From Eledone cirrhosa (Eukaryota), in contig OZ024749.1 of NCBI GenBank assembly GCA_964016885.1, positions 46,624,001 to 46,688,000 on the forward strand: a DNA stretch of 64,000 bases, read 5' to 3'. Positions 1 through 14,300 of the stretch are shown here, piece by piece. Every line of letters begins with the position of its first letter. Positions within the stretch are counted from its first letter, which is position 1. A model generated the notes under the pieces. It was not told where the DNA came from. It did no database searches and saw only the letters and a list, made by a program, of their open reading frames with translations. Position numbers and translations under genes: made by a program.

Positions 1-278
1 TCCCAAATTTCATTCTGTATTGTCTCCCCTCAGTGGGTAATTATCCATTTCCTTTCCTACGTTGACAAGTATTGTTTTACATTCGTCCATCTGTTTCTCG
101 TTATCTTTAGCTATTTGCAAGAAATTCACGCATAGGAACAAAATCACGCACAAAGAAAAGCACACATTCATGTGCGTACACTCAGACATGTACATAAACA
201 CAATATACACTATCTCAAACAAATCTGCTATCACATGAATGAGGAAGATCTATCTCTCTCTCTCTATATATATATATA

Positions 279-694
279 CCAACAATAACAACACTTAGAA
301 TGAGGAATGTTCTAATAACTGACCATTGAGAGGAGAAGAGGACCTTTGACACTGAAATTCGTTTGTTTGAATTCATATGACTCCAGTTCCTCAGTGAAAT
401 AACAACCCAACAAGGAACTGGGCATATCAGAGTATTGACAATATTATACACCTCAACAACATATGTACTTGTCTATACCATTCTAATTCAAACTGCCTGA
501 AGAGGTCACAGCCAAAGATGGCTGTCACTGAAATATATATAGCAGTAATAAACGAAGCTAAATATTAATCATTTGACTTTTATTTAACTTTATTTTACAC
601 TACTCCGGAGTAACCAACCCAACCTGCGCACTTCGTCGAGTGCTCCAGCCTGCATACTGAGGTGTTGGTATACAACCAACATAAACTCAAAATC
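279..694 (+). mobile_element. Family G: PLE-like terminal fragment between (TA)n tracts, with hammerhead and tail hairpin
   Basis: Unique island bounded by (TA)n on both sides. Contains a hammerhead motif at 492-546 and a TACTC..GAGTG bulged hairpin at 601-642. Confidence 0.7.
492..546 (+). ncRNA. Type I minimal hammerhead ribozyme motif (family G)
   Basis: actgc-CTGAAGA-ggtcacagcca aaga tggctgtcact-GAA-Atatatat-A/gcagt. Perfect 5-bp stem I (actgc/gcagt), ~11-bp stem II with one C-C mismatch, palindromic stem III ATATATAT, AUA cleavage triplet ending at 541. Confidence 0.85.
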
Positions 695-3027
695 TATATA
701 TATATATATATATATAGCTTTTCTCTTTGTTGTTTACTTGTCTCACTCGCTTTACGCGTTTTAATTGTCCTAATAACTTAATTTAGTTATTATTGCACCA
801 ACGTGAGGTATATGATTTTTAATTCAATGAAATATCTATGATCGTTGGCAAATCACTGATGAGGGACTCATTTTATAACATGTTATCCATGTGCAACCTG
901 CAGTATTCTTCTTCCCATTTTTTCACATATATATATATATATATATATATATCCATTCTGCCTTAAAGGTGAAGTACTAATTCTGGACTGTTTGCCATTT
1001 GATTGAAAGTTACTATCATGTATATACACAAGTACATATCAAGTACATTGCAACTGTTTCCAATTCAATACGTTTGCATGTTCCTGCTGCGTTAATATAA
1101 AGTGTGCTTACGTTGCTATTATTTATCTTTTCTTGTCTTCCGATCCATTCAGCTTTCTTTATAAGTTGTGTGTGTATGCTCCAATATGTCCTCCCAGGAA
1201 TTTTACATTTCTGTTGGTGTTAGTATATTTCATAATGTTATTTTTTTTCCTTTTCGATATGTTTCTACATTGGTTGTGCGTTTGATTGAATTACTTTATT
1301 TTCGTGGAAGAATAGTTAATGTTATTCTAAGTGCCTCTCTCTCCATTCTTCTCTTTATATAATCTTTATATTTGCATCCAGCAATACTTTGTGTTTAATG
1401 ATATTGTATTTCTTTGTTATTTACGTGCATTTATCTTTTCTTCATTCGATCTTTCGATTTTCATATCGCTTGCTCAGATAATGTTTACGTCAATATTTTT
1501 TGTTTGCTGGTTTGAGTGAGGTTTACCATTTATTAGGATCAAACCTGATTCCTCTTGATTCTACCACTGTTCTATATTAAAAAAAAACGTTCGTATTGTG
1601 TATATTTGTGTGTTTTTTCTGCACGAAAATACACACTGAATCCTACTACACTTTATTTTATGTAGATCATGTGTTTGCTTATTTTAATCTAAATGAAGTT
1701 TACATTGAATCATGTTTACGGGCCTTTTTCTCCCTAATATCCGTCTATCAATTTATTGTAATTTTCAGAGAAAAACATATTTTGGTAAGGTGTAATACAC
1801 GTGTAGTCTATCTGTATTTTGTTCAAAGTAATTTCGTGGCATATTCAATAGACAATCGGCAAAAGTAAACGTTTTTCTAAAATGCCAGTCTAATATTGGG
1901 GGTAGTTGAATCAATTACGTCCTTTCTCGACATTTGCTGGATTTTTGCGTAAATGGGAAATATATAAGGTTAATATAAACAAAAAAATGTGCATCTTATT
2001 CACCATAGTAACATAAACAATGTCAATATCTTCCCGTTTGTCGTAGATAGTCCATCGTAGTTTCTAGTTAAATTCATTTATTAACATATATATGTTTTTC
2101 AGATTAGTATGTGGAGATATATTATGATCCTGGAGCGTTCTAAAACTGTATCTTGAACTTGTGCAACTGTTTCACTCATCGTCCATTCGTTGATATCATA
2201 TTTTGCATTGTTTTCTTTGTTGAGATTTACTATTATTAAATTTTCTGTTGGGAATATTATTGTTATATATTATTGCATATGGGCTTTCAATACATTGATG
2301 TTCAATTCTCACATCATTCATTACGACGATAACATTTTTATCTAACAGCCAACGACATTAGATATATCTATCCAGAATTTCGTTGCTGCGAAGGAGAAAA
2401 TGCTTTATTAATTTCTTGTCCATCATAAGGCAGAATAATACATAAAAATGGACAGTCTGTAAGAGGATATAGAAGAATAACTTTCTTTCAGATGAAAAAC
2501 AAAACAAAACAAAAATAAAATTCAAAACTGCATTATATTTCTATATATTTGATATAATTTGTGTTCTGCCACCTACTACACACTCAGGTAACAGCCAAGA
2601 TAGGTAAGTTCATATACATCTTCGAGGTACTTTGCTTGAAATTTGACATTCTACTTGATAATTTCCTAATATTTAAGAGTTATGCTTTTCATAAAAGTGA
2701 AAAAATAATCATTTCCCCCGTAAAGGGTATGTATATATACGAGATAATCGTACTACGAATAATATTCAATAAGCCTTACTGAAAAATTAATTTCCGTTCG
2801 TACTATAGTCTACTTTATATATGATGTCAATACTCTTTCCCTGTAAATTTCTATACGATTATTAAATGAATGGCAATAGTATGTTAACATATATCAGCTT
2901 TTTGTATTATAAAAATCTTAGTGAATCGTTATTTATGCATATATGTAAATGAAACAAATGCCATTTATAAACAATTCTCTCTGTTTTCATATATACAGAA
3001 GAGCAAATACACAGCCACATACATATG

Positions 3028-3108
<81 letters not shown>

Positions 3109-3303
3109 CGAGAGGTTATCACAGTGTCATATCATCTTACTACTCCCATGAAAAGGCTCTTCTGAACATATAAGTGGAAAGAAACTGGCACCGCTGTCGG
3201 TATTTTACATATCTATATACCCACTCTGCATCTCTCCTGGCATTGTGTACTGCCATAATTAGTACTCTCGCTATTTTCTCGCGCTCTCGCTCTCTCTCTA
3301 TCT

Positions 3304-3352
<49 letters not shown>

Positions 3353-3366
3353 TCTCTCTCTCTCTC

Positions 3367-3425
<59 letters not shown>

Positions 3426-3905
3426 CGAAGGTATATATTGAGTTAGTAACTCAAAATATTCTCTTACAATTAAATAGCTCAAGGAAAAATAATGTTCCGG
3501 AACGTTCAATATAATTAAATATAAAAGAGTTTGGTGAGCTACTATAAATATCGAGTGATCTTAGCTGCTACTTTTAGGTTCTGGATGCCATGTGCGTTAT
3601 TTTATATAAGCACACCATTCAGTCTTCTGAGATACTTAGAAGTGAAGAGTTTACTAATTACACAACCACTGAAGAGCGATAGAATTGGTAATTCCCTATC
3701 ACTAAATTGCAAAATTGCATTACCAAATGCTATCTGGGTGTCTGATAGTTGTCACAATCTCGGTTAGTATTTTTTCTTAATTTATTCTTTTAAATTGAGC
3801 CTGGCAAACCGTATTGTTCATATTTAGTATTCTTTTCATCCAAGCCAATCTGGTCCCTTTGAACACATATATGTATATATGTGTGTTTATCTCTCTTTTG
3901 TATTC

Positions 3906-3957
<52 letters not shown>

Positions 3958-4580
3958 CTAGTATACACATGATCTTAAGTGATGGAGAATTTGATATACT
4001 TCTTCTGATTTAAACACTTTAGTGTATAGAAGGATTCACCAAACCTAAGTGGAGTCTTTTCCAAAAACAAAACAAGATATAACATGTTTGGTTTGATCTG
4101 TAGAGCCACTCTCACATAAATAATATTTAAATAAGAAACATGTATACAATCTTAAATTTTACAATTGCTTACAGCTAGTGTTGGTTGCAACTTACTTAAT
4201 TATGATTTCTCTCTCTGTCATATCTCATTGTAATTGTTTTAGTGTTCCTTTCAAGGCAGCCGTTAACTAAATGTGTTTGTTGAATAAGATGAAGACAAAT
4301 ATTAACAATGCTCGCATCCGTTATTATAGCTAGGGAAAGAACCAGGAACTCATTGCTTCTATTGTGTTACATATAAAAGTCATTATAATTTCTATATGAA
4401 AGGATATGAATCACAATTAATTTATTAATGAGAAACTGTAAAACAAGCAGATGTTTTTTCATCTTTAACTACATACGGGAATGTACATATACACATATCT
4501 ATACGCATACATACATACATATATGGATACAAACACTCACGTATGTATGGATGGTACGTAAATACACACACAGACGCGCG

Positions 4581-5158
<578 letters not shown>

Positions 5159-5178
5159 TATATATACTTATATATATA

Positions 5179-5218
<40 letters not shown>

Positions 5219-5221
<3 letters not shown>

Positions 5222-5316
5222 CGAGGGAAATGTGGTAAGGAACCAGGTGGACCATAACGCACGAAAGTACTCAATACTTAGGGTAGTAGAGTGGGTAATA
5301 GGAACGAGCAGGACCC
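5219..5316 (-). mobile_element. Family A copy 2 (tail plus start of arm)
   Basis: taacgagggaaatgtggtaaggaaccagg..taggaacgagcaggaccc is the reverse complement of the copy 1 tail. Flanked by (TA)n. Confidence 0.9.
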
Positions 5317-5371
<55 letters not shown>

Positions 5372-5374
<3 letters not shown>

Positions 5375-5841
5375 GATATTAAACAAATGGAAACTATATT
5401 TATAAAACCATATTTATTTCATTATACATATTTCGGGGATACCATATTAAAAATGTGGCATGCCTTCATCAGATAAAATACAATATATAAACAGTTTTAT
5501 GAATAATTTTGACGTAACATAAATATGAGCGACCATTATGTAGGAAGCTGGTTTGGTAGTCTAACTACCAAACCAGCTTCCTACATAATGGTCGCTCATA
5601 TTGATGGTACGTCAACATTATTTATAAAACTGTTTATATATTGTATTTTATCTGACGAAGGCATGCCACATTTTTAATATGGTATCCCCGAAAAATGTAT
5701 AATGAAATAAATATGGTTTTATAAATATAGTTTCCATTTGTTTAATATCGTATATCTACTCCAAAAATTTGTCGAGTGCTTTATATCAGTTATAAAATAT
5801 TTACTTGTTGTAACCAAACAATTTTAAATAAAACTTTTGCA
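5372..5841 (+). mobile_element. Family B copy 1: long palindrome plus tail
   Basis: ~189-bp inverted arms (5372-5560 and 5564-5752) around a 3-nt loop, then an ~89-bp tail. CTGACGA-stem-GAAA core at 5652-5693. Second copy at 41333-41742. Confidence 0.9.
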
Positions 5842-5844
5842 CAC

Positions 5845-5939
<95 letters not shown>

Positions 5940-5974
5940 TGCACGGGTGTGTATGATTGTGTTTAGAAGTTTAT

Positions 5975-6297
5975 ATTAATAAAATAAATTCCAACGTTGT
6001 CTGATTTACTCGCTTTATTTACAATCCTTTAAAATTATAATGATAGTATAATGAAATAGTATGGTAGAATATTAAATGTTAAGTGTTAATTGAACAAGTA
6101 CTATTCAACAGTTGAACATTACAAACTTGACTCTCACCACTGAATATGAACCTGAAGATTGAGAAAGCATGAAAGTACTTGTTCAATTAGCACTTAAGAT
6201 TTAATATTTTACCATACTATTTCATTATACTATCATTTTAAATTTTAAGGGATTGTAAATAAACCGAGTAAATCAGACAAAGTTGGAATTCCTTTTA

Positions 6298-6302
<5 letters not shown>
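5975..6302 (+). mobile_element. Family D copy 1: fold-back element with hammerhead
   Basis: ~128-bp inverted arms (5975-6102 and ~6174-6302). The spacer carries the ribozyme core. Second copy at 9517-9722. Confidence 0.85.
6148..6184 (+). ncRNA. Minimal hammerhead motif (family D, stem II mutated)
   Basis: gaac-CTGAAGA-ttgagaaagcat-GAA-Agtact-T/gttc. Stem I gaac/gttc, palindromic stem III AGTACT. Confidence 0.65.
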
Positions 6303-6336
<34 letters not shown>

Positions 6337-6514
6337 GGATATATGCGAGTCATGAACACAGATATAAGAATACAAATGCAAATTACCAAGTTATCTAGTT
6401 TAAAAAAAATACTAATTTAAGACAATATGGTTTGTCTGACTCGATATAAAGTAATAAATCAACACAAATGACAAACCTATGGCGGACTATATTGAGTTTC
6501 TAACTCAATCTATG

Positions 6515-6588
<74 letters not shown>

Positions 6589-6604
6589 ATTTACATATAT
6601 ATAT

Positions 6605-7252
6605 TAAGTCATAGATACATACGTGTTTTGCAACCGGTCACGTTGTGGCTCAATGAGAAATTAATAAATAAAATAAAATAATCAGAGCTATATATCATAA
6701 AATATGTCTTTAGAATCACTAGATATAATATATACGAATTCCTCTCCCAATTAGTATAATTAACCATATAAAAATCAATTAAACCAGGCTATAAGAATAA
6801 AGGCTCCTATGAAGAAATCTCCGACAAATAACCGAAAGCAGCCCCTTCGCGGTGGCTACAATAGATTATTTATCTAACATTTCGACAGCAAGTAAATATC
6901 GACCAGTATACAGTCAACTAAACACAATTAGGTGTAAAATTGAACTTAGAAGAATTGCGTACATACCTCATTACCTCTACCATGGTTTCATCCGTATTTT
7001 AAGACATCCGATAACAAGGAATGTCCAGAGCTTCGGAATCATCAGGAGCGAGCTCAAAATAAGATATTTAATTTTCCAAAGTGATCGCGCCAAAAATACA
7101 TAAAAAAATGGCTAATAATCGTGGATTTCTTCATAGGAGCCTTTATTCTTATAGCTGGGTCCAATTGATTTTTTATATGGTTAATTATACTAATTGGGAG
7201 AAGAATTGGTATATATTATATCTAGTGATTCTAAAGACATATTTTATGATAA
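6605..7252 (-). mobile_element. Family I: fold-back element with ~300-bp spacer, hammerhead and tail
   Basis: ~125-bp inverted arms (~6694-6820 and ~7124-7252), tail at 6605-6693. Flanked by (TA)n. Confidence 0.85.
6975..7048 (-). ncRNA. Type I hammerhead motif with extended stem II (family I)
   Basis: Minus strand reads ctc-CTGATGA-ttccg..(gacattcc/ggatgtc hairpin)..cggat-GAA-Accatggt-A/gag. Palindromic stem III ACCATGGT, GUA triplet. Confidence 0.75.
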
Positions 7253-7269
7253 ATATATATATATATATA

Positions 7270-7458
7270 TAACGAAGGAAATGTGGTAAAGAACCAGCTG
7301 GACGATAACGCACCAGAGTACTCGATACATAGTGTAGTAGAGTGGGTAATAGGAAAATTGTCAGGACCCCGACAGCTGAGTTCAGGCTGTTTTGACAGGT
7401 AGTTCGGATCTAGCTGTCCAAACGGCCGGAGCTCAGCCGTCAGGGTTTGATCCTTTCC

Positions 7459-7460
<2 letters not shown>
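7270..7460 (-). mobile_element. Family A copy 3 (diverged)
   Basis: Same tail and degenerate palindrome as the other A copies. Flanked by (TA)n. Confidence 0.85.
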
Positions 7461-7500
<40 letters not shown>

Positions 7501-7505
7501 GATAT

Positions 7506-7604
7506 GTAAGTTTATCCCGGGTACAATGGGGGTAAGCACAGTAAGTAAGGTACTCGATACAAAGCAGACTAGAACTGTTTCATTCGGAAGAAATCATTCA
7601 GGAA
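7506..7604 (-). mobile_element. Family C fragment (internally deleted)
   Basis: cacagtaagtaaggtactcgatac..gactagaactgtttcattc matches the copies at 26232, 40084 and 42852. Confidence 0.75.
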
Positions 7605-7839
7605 CCCCTGTGTGCGAATACGTCCAATATCGAAGATAATGCAGTGGAATCAGATGTAATTCAACCAAAATTATTAGTTATTTACAGCGGGCAGACTGTA
7701 TTTCTGGATTCACATTCCTCCAATGCTTCACAAGTGAACTGCTGGTCACACACTCTCACACAAACACACACACACACATACACACATACAGAAAACAAAC
7801 ACACACATATACACACACACAAACACACACACCCACACG

Positions 7840-7880
<41 letters not shown>

Positions 7881-9290
7881 ACACACATATATATATGTAT
7901 TGGCAGCAAAGAATATAAATATATATATATAAATGCATCTACTGAGTATATGCCCTTAAGAAAAACATTGCCTGAAGTATCTCGGAACATAAATTGCTTT
8001 TCAAGTCAAAAACGTAATAGCGAATGAAATACGATTTGAAAATAATTTTCCTTATCCCTTTGAGGTAATGTATGAATTGATCGATAGTTACTTGGTTTTT
8101 CGCGTGGTGAATATTGTGGAAACATCAATCTACCATAAATGTTTCATTCATCTTATTTGGATATAGTTTGAAAAATAGTACAACGTATTATTTGAACTTG
8201 TTTACATAAGAATCAATATTATATCACTGTTTTGACAATTCCTTCCGTCAACCAACCTCTACCTACGTATTCCGTTATTATATACACATACATCATATTG
8301 AAAGACCTATACTCAACCAGGCTGACTTATATTAGTAATCGTAATGGCAGTGTGTGTTTATTTACGGTTGTTTGTCTCCAATATAAATTTTGATATTCAT
8401 TTAACGAAGTGATATAACTAATTCCTAATTGGAAATATATTTAATTCTAGATTCCCAAATCCACGATGACTACTTCAGATATCTAGTAAAGCCAATAATA
8501 TGGGAAATGTATACTATTCTTTTTTGATTCGATTCTACATATTTCAGAAACGCAATCTTCAACGTTTAGTCACCAAACATCTTTCGACTCTGAGTACCAA
8601 CGAAAACGTAATTTTTATAAGTGATGTAAATTAGCTTTATGCAATGCAGTCTCATTCTATCGTAACTACAAATTCCACACTCAGATAATTGTCTCTCTTC
8701 TTATGAGTATATATCTGCTTCTCTCTGTATTTCTCATGTGTTATGTATATATCCACATATATGTGCGTGTGAGTGTGTCTGAATGTATACATTGTATATA
8801 ACTTATGCGAACAAATGTTCTCCCTGTCTACGAAAGAATATCTTCAAAACCAACTGTTAAATATGTACACCATTTTAGATGCTGTTTATTTTACTTTAGA
8901 AAATAGCTGAATTATATAGCTGAAGGCTCTTACAAAATAAACGATAGAGATGAGACAACCATTATGAGGTAGGCAATCGTAAACATTTAAAAAATATAGA
9001 CGGCCATGGAATCCTGAACGAAATTTAAGCGGTAAAACATCAATTACAAATATACACATATATAAGCACAGTTACCCAAACATACACTGGCACACCCTGA
9101 CACATACAACACACATACACACACACACATATATATATGTAAATGAATATACATACATATATATACAACGTTAATATTGATATAGCTCAAATTCTATTTC
9201 TTTTTGACTTATTTCTAAATTCGTGAAATTTTCGGAATATTCTCGGTGTAATGTGAATTCTTTCAAACTAAACTAATTTGACTTGTAAAA

Positions 9291-9385
9291 TAATTGTTTC
9301 TACTTTAGGCACAAGGCCAGCAATTAACCAGTACATTACTGGTACTTTATTTTATCGACCCGTAAGGATGAAAGGCAAAGTTGAC
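9291..9385 (-). mobile_element. 5'-truncated OK-like SINE with 17-bp TSD
   Basis: SINE 3' half. Direct repeat ttgacttgtaaaataat at 9278-9294 and 9381-9397. Confidence 0.9.
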
Positions 9386-9434
9386 TTGTAAAATAATGCA
9401 GTTAAATATGCTATTTCTCAAACCTCCAAATGTA

Positions 9435-9490
<56 letters not shown>

Positions 9491-9516
9491 TATAGATATA
9501 GATAGGTAAATATACA

Positions 9517-9720
9517 ATTTTCAACAGTTGAAAATTGCAAACTCGACTGTCACCACATATCATGAACCTGAAGATTGCGAAAGCATGAAAGTACTTGTTC
9601 AATTAACACTTAGAATTTAATATTCTATCATACTATTTCATTATAATACCATATTATATATATTTTAAAGGATTGTAAATAAAACGAGTAAATCAGACAA
9701 AGTTGGAATTCCTCTTATTA

Positions 9721-9722
<2 letters not shown>
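9517..9722 (+). mobile_element. Family D copy 2 (single arm)
   Basis: Colinear with ~6104-6302 and has the same 3' end (..cc(t/c)ttattaat) running into (TA)n. Confidence 0.85.
9564..9600 (+). ncRNA. Minimal hammerhead motif (family D)
   Basis: gaac-CTGAAGA-t tgc gaaa gca t-GAA-Agtact-T/gttc. 4-bp stem I, GNRA-capped stem II, palindromic stem III, CUU triplet. Confidence 0.8.
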
Positions 9723-9754
<32 letters not shown>

Positions 9755-11266
9755 ATGTGTGTGTGTATATATGTATGTATATATATATATATATATATAT
9801 ACACCTGCAACTCTGATGGTATCCAATGATGTTGTCATGTTCTTCTTTTTGGTAAATAACATCTTACGTTAAGAGGGTGGGACTGGCTTTGTCCAGTGCT
9901 TTTGCTCACTATAAAAGCTTCACAGCACAGGCATTGCTTTATATCTGGAGATCTCTCTGCACTTGTCGTCACATGGTACCATGGGCCCAGCACTATATGT
10001 CAATAATTGACACAAGTGTAGTGTTTGTACCAGAGTTTTCAAGTCGCTGGCTGGACTAAAATTCACACTCGTTCAGCGCATCGGTAGGGGTTCTCCTACA
10101 TGGATATAAAGTAGTGGCCGTACTCGAAAACGAGTTGGCAGCCACCATATATATATAAATATATATATATAAAGTGAGAGTGAGCTGGACGAGAGAGATA
10201 AGGATTACACCAGTTTTAAATAGTGAGAACATTATTCATCAGAGTACTCGAATATTTTCCAAACTGGAAATAGCTATTGAAACGGCAAGAGGTCAACATG
10301 AAAAATGATTCACTCATAATGATAAGCATTAAACGTTTTTTTTTGCTTGCCTGTGATATGTATTTGTCTTTGCCTGATATATTTTCGCATAATTTTGATA
10401 ACAGGGATAAACGTGAGTAGTTTAATTACGGATTTCAAAATTATTAATCTAGATTAGGAAAACTGTTAGTGTTATTTCTCTTTACAGTGTTTTCATATTA
10501 TGATACACAACATGTTTCGTTAAAGATTAAATTAATTATTTCAATAAACATATATGTAACATGAAACATCCACGTGTTCGCGTATGCCCCTTGTGTTAGA
10601 TAACATCCAATCCTCCCTGAATATTAAAAAGTTCTTGAATGGAATACTATTGTCTATAATATCTTAGAATATCCGAGGCGAATTGTGGCAATTATTTAAC
10701 TGTATGAAATAAATGGATTGTGTAATTGCAATCTATTCTATGTATATACTTGGAACATAGATGTTATTTAAATAACACTGAAACATGTGTCCTCAAGGTC
10801 GTGTAAAATGCCTGATGCACTTCAATTTCTTATTAGAAAAGAATTGGCCTACTGATAAATCTAAAGTAGCTATCTTACCTCGAAAACAATTAACTAATTA
10901 CAAGTCTATCAATGACGATTGTGACATTTTCCTTAGAACTTTTATGTAGGTGGAATCAATTCTGATGTCAACAGCGAACAATTAGAATATTTCGAATATT
11001 TCCTAAGAATGGGTATTGTTACGAATTGGGAAATACAGAATTCTCAATAGTAGAACCAAATTTATTTCCATTAAGCAGAATTTATTCAGAACTGAAGTTT
11101 TCGCTCGAAACGAAAGTCAATTCCTTGCAGGATCAACAATTGATAGAACATATTCTCTGATTAATAATATTTCAAAATCGTGCCTGCGTGAATATTGCCA
11201 TTAATATGAAATCTAAATACAGAAGAATGCTCAATAATGTAATACGATTTGCTTATAGATACACAG

Positions 11267-11341
<75 letters not shown>

Positions 11342-14300
11342 ATACATATATATATATATACGTGTGCGTGTGTGTGTGCGTGTGAGCGTGTATGTGAGTT
11401 GTGTGTAATGGCGTATTAACGTGAGATACACTAATGTGAATAGGCAACACTGCAACATAATAATGGCTCTGTATATTACATTGCTGCTCTCTAATGTATC
11501 GAAATCCCTCCAATTAGAGGGTAGAACTATTGCACACATACCATGTATATTGCAGCGGTAAAAACATATTTCATTATAGGACTTCGGTTTATCCCATAGC
11601 GACACAAGTTTAGAATTACTTATATTGAGGGATAATAGGATATTTGAAAGGAAATTATGTGACTTTATCATTCATATTCAGACAATAACCGGAGATGTTG
11701 CTATTTAATCACCAAGATTGTTTAATAATTAACAGTAGCAGTGACATAGACATACGTATCTTGCACATACAAACATTTGAATACTAACAATATGTAGGTT
11801 ATTAGGTTACTCCTTTCCCAAATCTGATTTATTTCAGAGACAATGTAGTCTTAATATAGTGCCTCAAATGGTGCATTACTATATGATATGTGGAAATAAC
11901 TTATAATTATTTAAAAAATGCAAGTTGCCGTGCTTCTGTCTCTTAAACGACTTCTGTCATTTCATGAAATTCTCAGTATATCTCCTTCATTATCTTACAT
12001 TAAGACAGTCAAAACAACAGCAATTATTTTGCAGTTGGCGTTTCGCCAAACCGAGCTATAATATTCCCAATCGGAATAAGATATATAATTTTCCACTTTT
12101 AGAAATTGTCTCACCAAAGCTTGCAAATACAATATAAGCTCAACGGACAAATGTATGTTAAACTAATAATTCCAGGCATTAATTTCAGAAGTTTGTTCCA
12201 TGATTCTCTACGCAGTGGAGAAGAGGAAACAATAAAGAGGCTGCTCTGGATGAAAGAAAATACAACGAATTTGAATACATATATTCATCAAGACAATTAC
12301 CACTCTAATCTAGAATAAGATATCATATATAATCTTACCAGAAAGATACATAACAAAATCAAAACCTTACCTAACTTACTAAACTTGTCTTTCCATCTAT
12401 ACTTATAAATGTTTCAAATCCGACCAGGTTATAAATAGGCAACCAACAGCACATACATCCTATCTAGAAGGTGGCTATATGATATATACTAGAGACACTT
12501 GCCCATTGCCCACCGACTTACAAACTTCAGTGCGATTTGCATTCAGAAACATTATAGATTGTTTAGAGTATTAATTAATCAAGGATCAATGATTCTAGAT
12601 CGAGAGGAATTGCCTTATAAATGTTCGACAGCTGAGATTATATTGAGATATGTATGGCATCTGAATCAAGTATTAAATACACACCAGAGGTTAACGAATC
12701 CTTTGGAGAATGAAGGTAATGTCATGCAACAAGGTGAGGATGTTTTCATAGAATGAGTATTGAGAATTTGGTCTTTCCAAATCAAATTCCCTTAATACCG
12801 AATGTGAATCAGGTGGTCAAATCAGTTCTATTTGAAATCAGCGTGGAATGAAACGGTATATCAAAGGTAATGTCATGTTAAGAAAAACACCACCACTATA
12901 CTGTAGTGAACAAACGAAACGTATGCACCAGGTACGGCGCCTTTGTAGTTTACTGGCTTTAATAATTGTATTTGAACTCACCCTATAGCCTTGGGCCTTG
13001 CGTTTCCTTGGATATTCTTGACTAACAATTTACTACACACACACACAACACACATATATACATATATATATATATATATATACTATATCCATATATATAT
13101 ATATATTCATTTCTGTATATGTGTTTGTGCATCAATGTGTGTCTCTGTGTGTTTATATAATTTAAACTAACAATATGAAATATGTATTATAAAAAAAATG
13201 GATGCACATATTCAAAGACAGACCTGTAAATCTATTTATTTTACGTACGACGATATCCAATGCATTATAAACGTACAATCATTAATTTCATGGGTTAAAT
13301 TAATCGTTTCAATAGAGAGCGGAAAGAAGATCCTGAGAATGAAAGCTGATTATCGACGCCTTTAAGTCTCTTCATATAGATTGCATGAGATAATGGGCAT
13401 TATTTGGAAAGGAAAGGATAGAAATGGAAAATGAGTTTTTAAATATTCTGAAAAAATATGTATTCTGAAGTGTGCGTCATGTAATATGATTGCAGTGCAA
13501 CACAGAGTTAATCATTTTTTTTTCTACTTTTTTGAGAATCCGCGTCATCCTCTCATCTTTCCTGTAATTTAACTGATGTTTTATTCTTATTTTTGCTGCT
13601 AAAACAATCTACAAAATGAACAACGTTTGAGATATTTGCTCACGTATATAGTAACATGCCTACGCACATATATCTTTCTTGATAGACTCGAAATGCTAGC
13701 GGTATATCTACTTCTCACGTTTCAAGTCGTCTACACATATTTCAACCCTATTGCAAATTTCCTTCGATAATAATTTCCTCGTCTTTTGCATCAGCCTTTA
13801 AGCTTTTTATATGTTGTATTATTTCCCTTTCTCCCCCTTTTTTTTCTACAGTTTGATTAATGCTGGTGTTGCAGCTGAGGAAGTTATGGTTGTTGAGTGG
13901 GGAAGTGCTCATTGTTGTTGCTGCCACTACTCCTTTCTCTTTTGTTTTTATAGTTCGGCTTTTTGCTGCTACTGATGATACTGCTCTTTTCCTTCCTGTT
14001 TCACTGAGACATTCCTCTTTACCTTTCGCCCACCATACTTTTGTGTAATTCTGTTTAAACTAACCTATCACTTTCCTCTTGACTCTTTCAAAAGCCATCA
14101 ACTTTAACCTTGATGCCATGCCGATTACATTATGAAACAAAAACAAATTTAAAAGTAAAACAGAAACGAACGAGAGCAATACCCAACAAAAGATAGCGCT
14201 GACTTCCTCTAAATACAAACGATTTACATATTGACCCCTTTCAGCTATAATTATATTTCCAAACAGCGTTCTCGTGGATATTATGGATGGATGCCAGCGT

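Noticed and set aside
10-110. Minus-strand terminal exon candidate (A)KDNEKQMDECKTILVNVGKEMDNYPLRGDNTE*
   Set aside because: The acceptor is only modest, I recognise no homology, and it lies at the window edge.
2588-2610. Possible 16-bp micro-exon (ctcAG|gtaacagccaagatag|GTAAGT)
   Set aside because: Splice-like motifs alone are common, and there is no supporting evidence.
3669-3715. Hammerhead-like CTGAAGA-gcgatag..ctatcac-TAAA-ttgcaa
   Set aside because: GAAA and NUH are both broken and there is no stem I. At best a dead relic.
5372-5841. Classifying the fold-backs as Tc1/mariner MITEs with TA TSDs
   Set aside because: They are asymmetric with a fixed unpaired tail, have variable centres and carry hammerhead cores. 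That fits PLE-type ends better, although it is not proven without an autonomous partner.
13825-14048. Strong polypyrimidine acceptor at 13850 followed by an ORF
   Set aside because: The downstream sequence is degenerate trinucleotide-like low complexity with no good donor.
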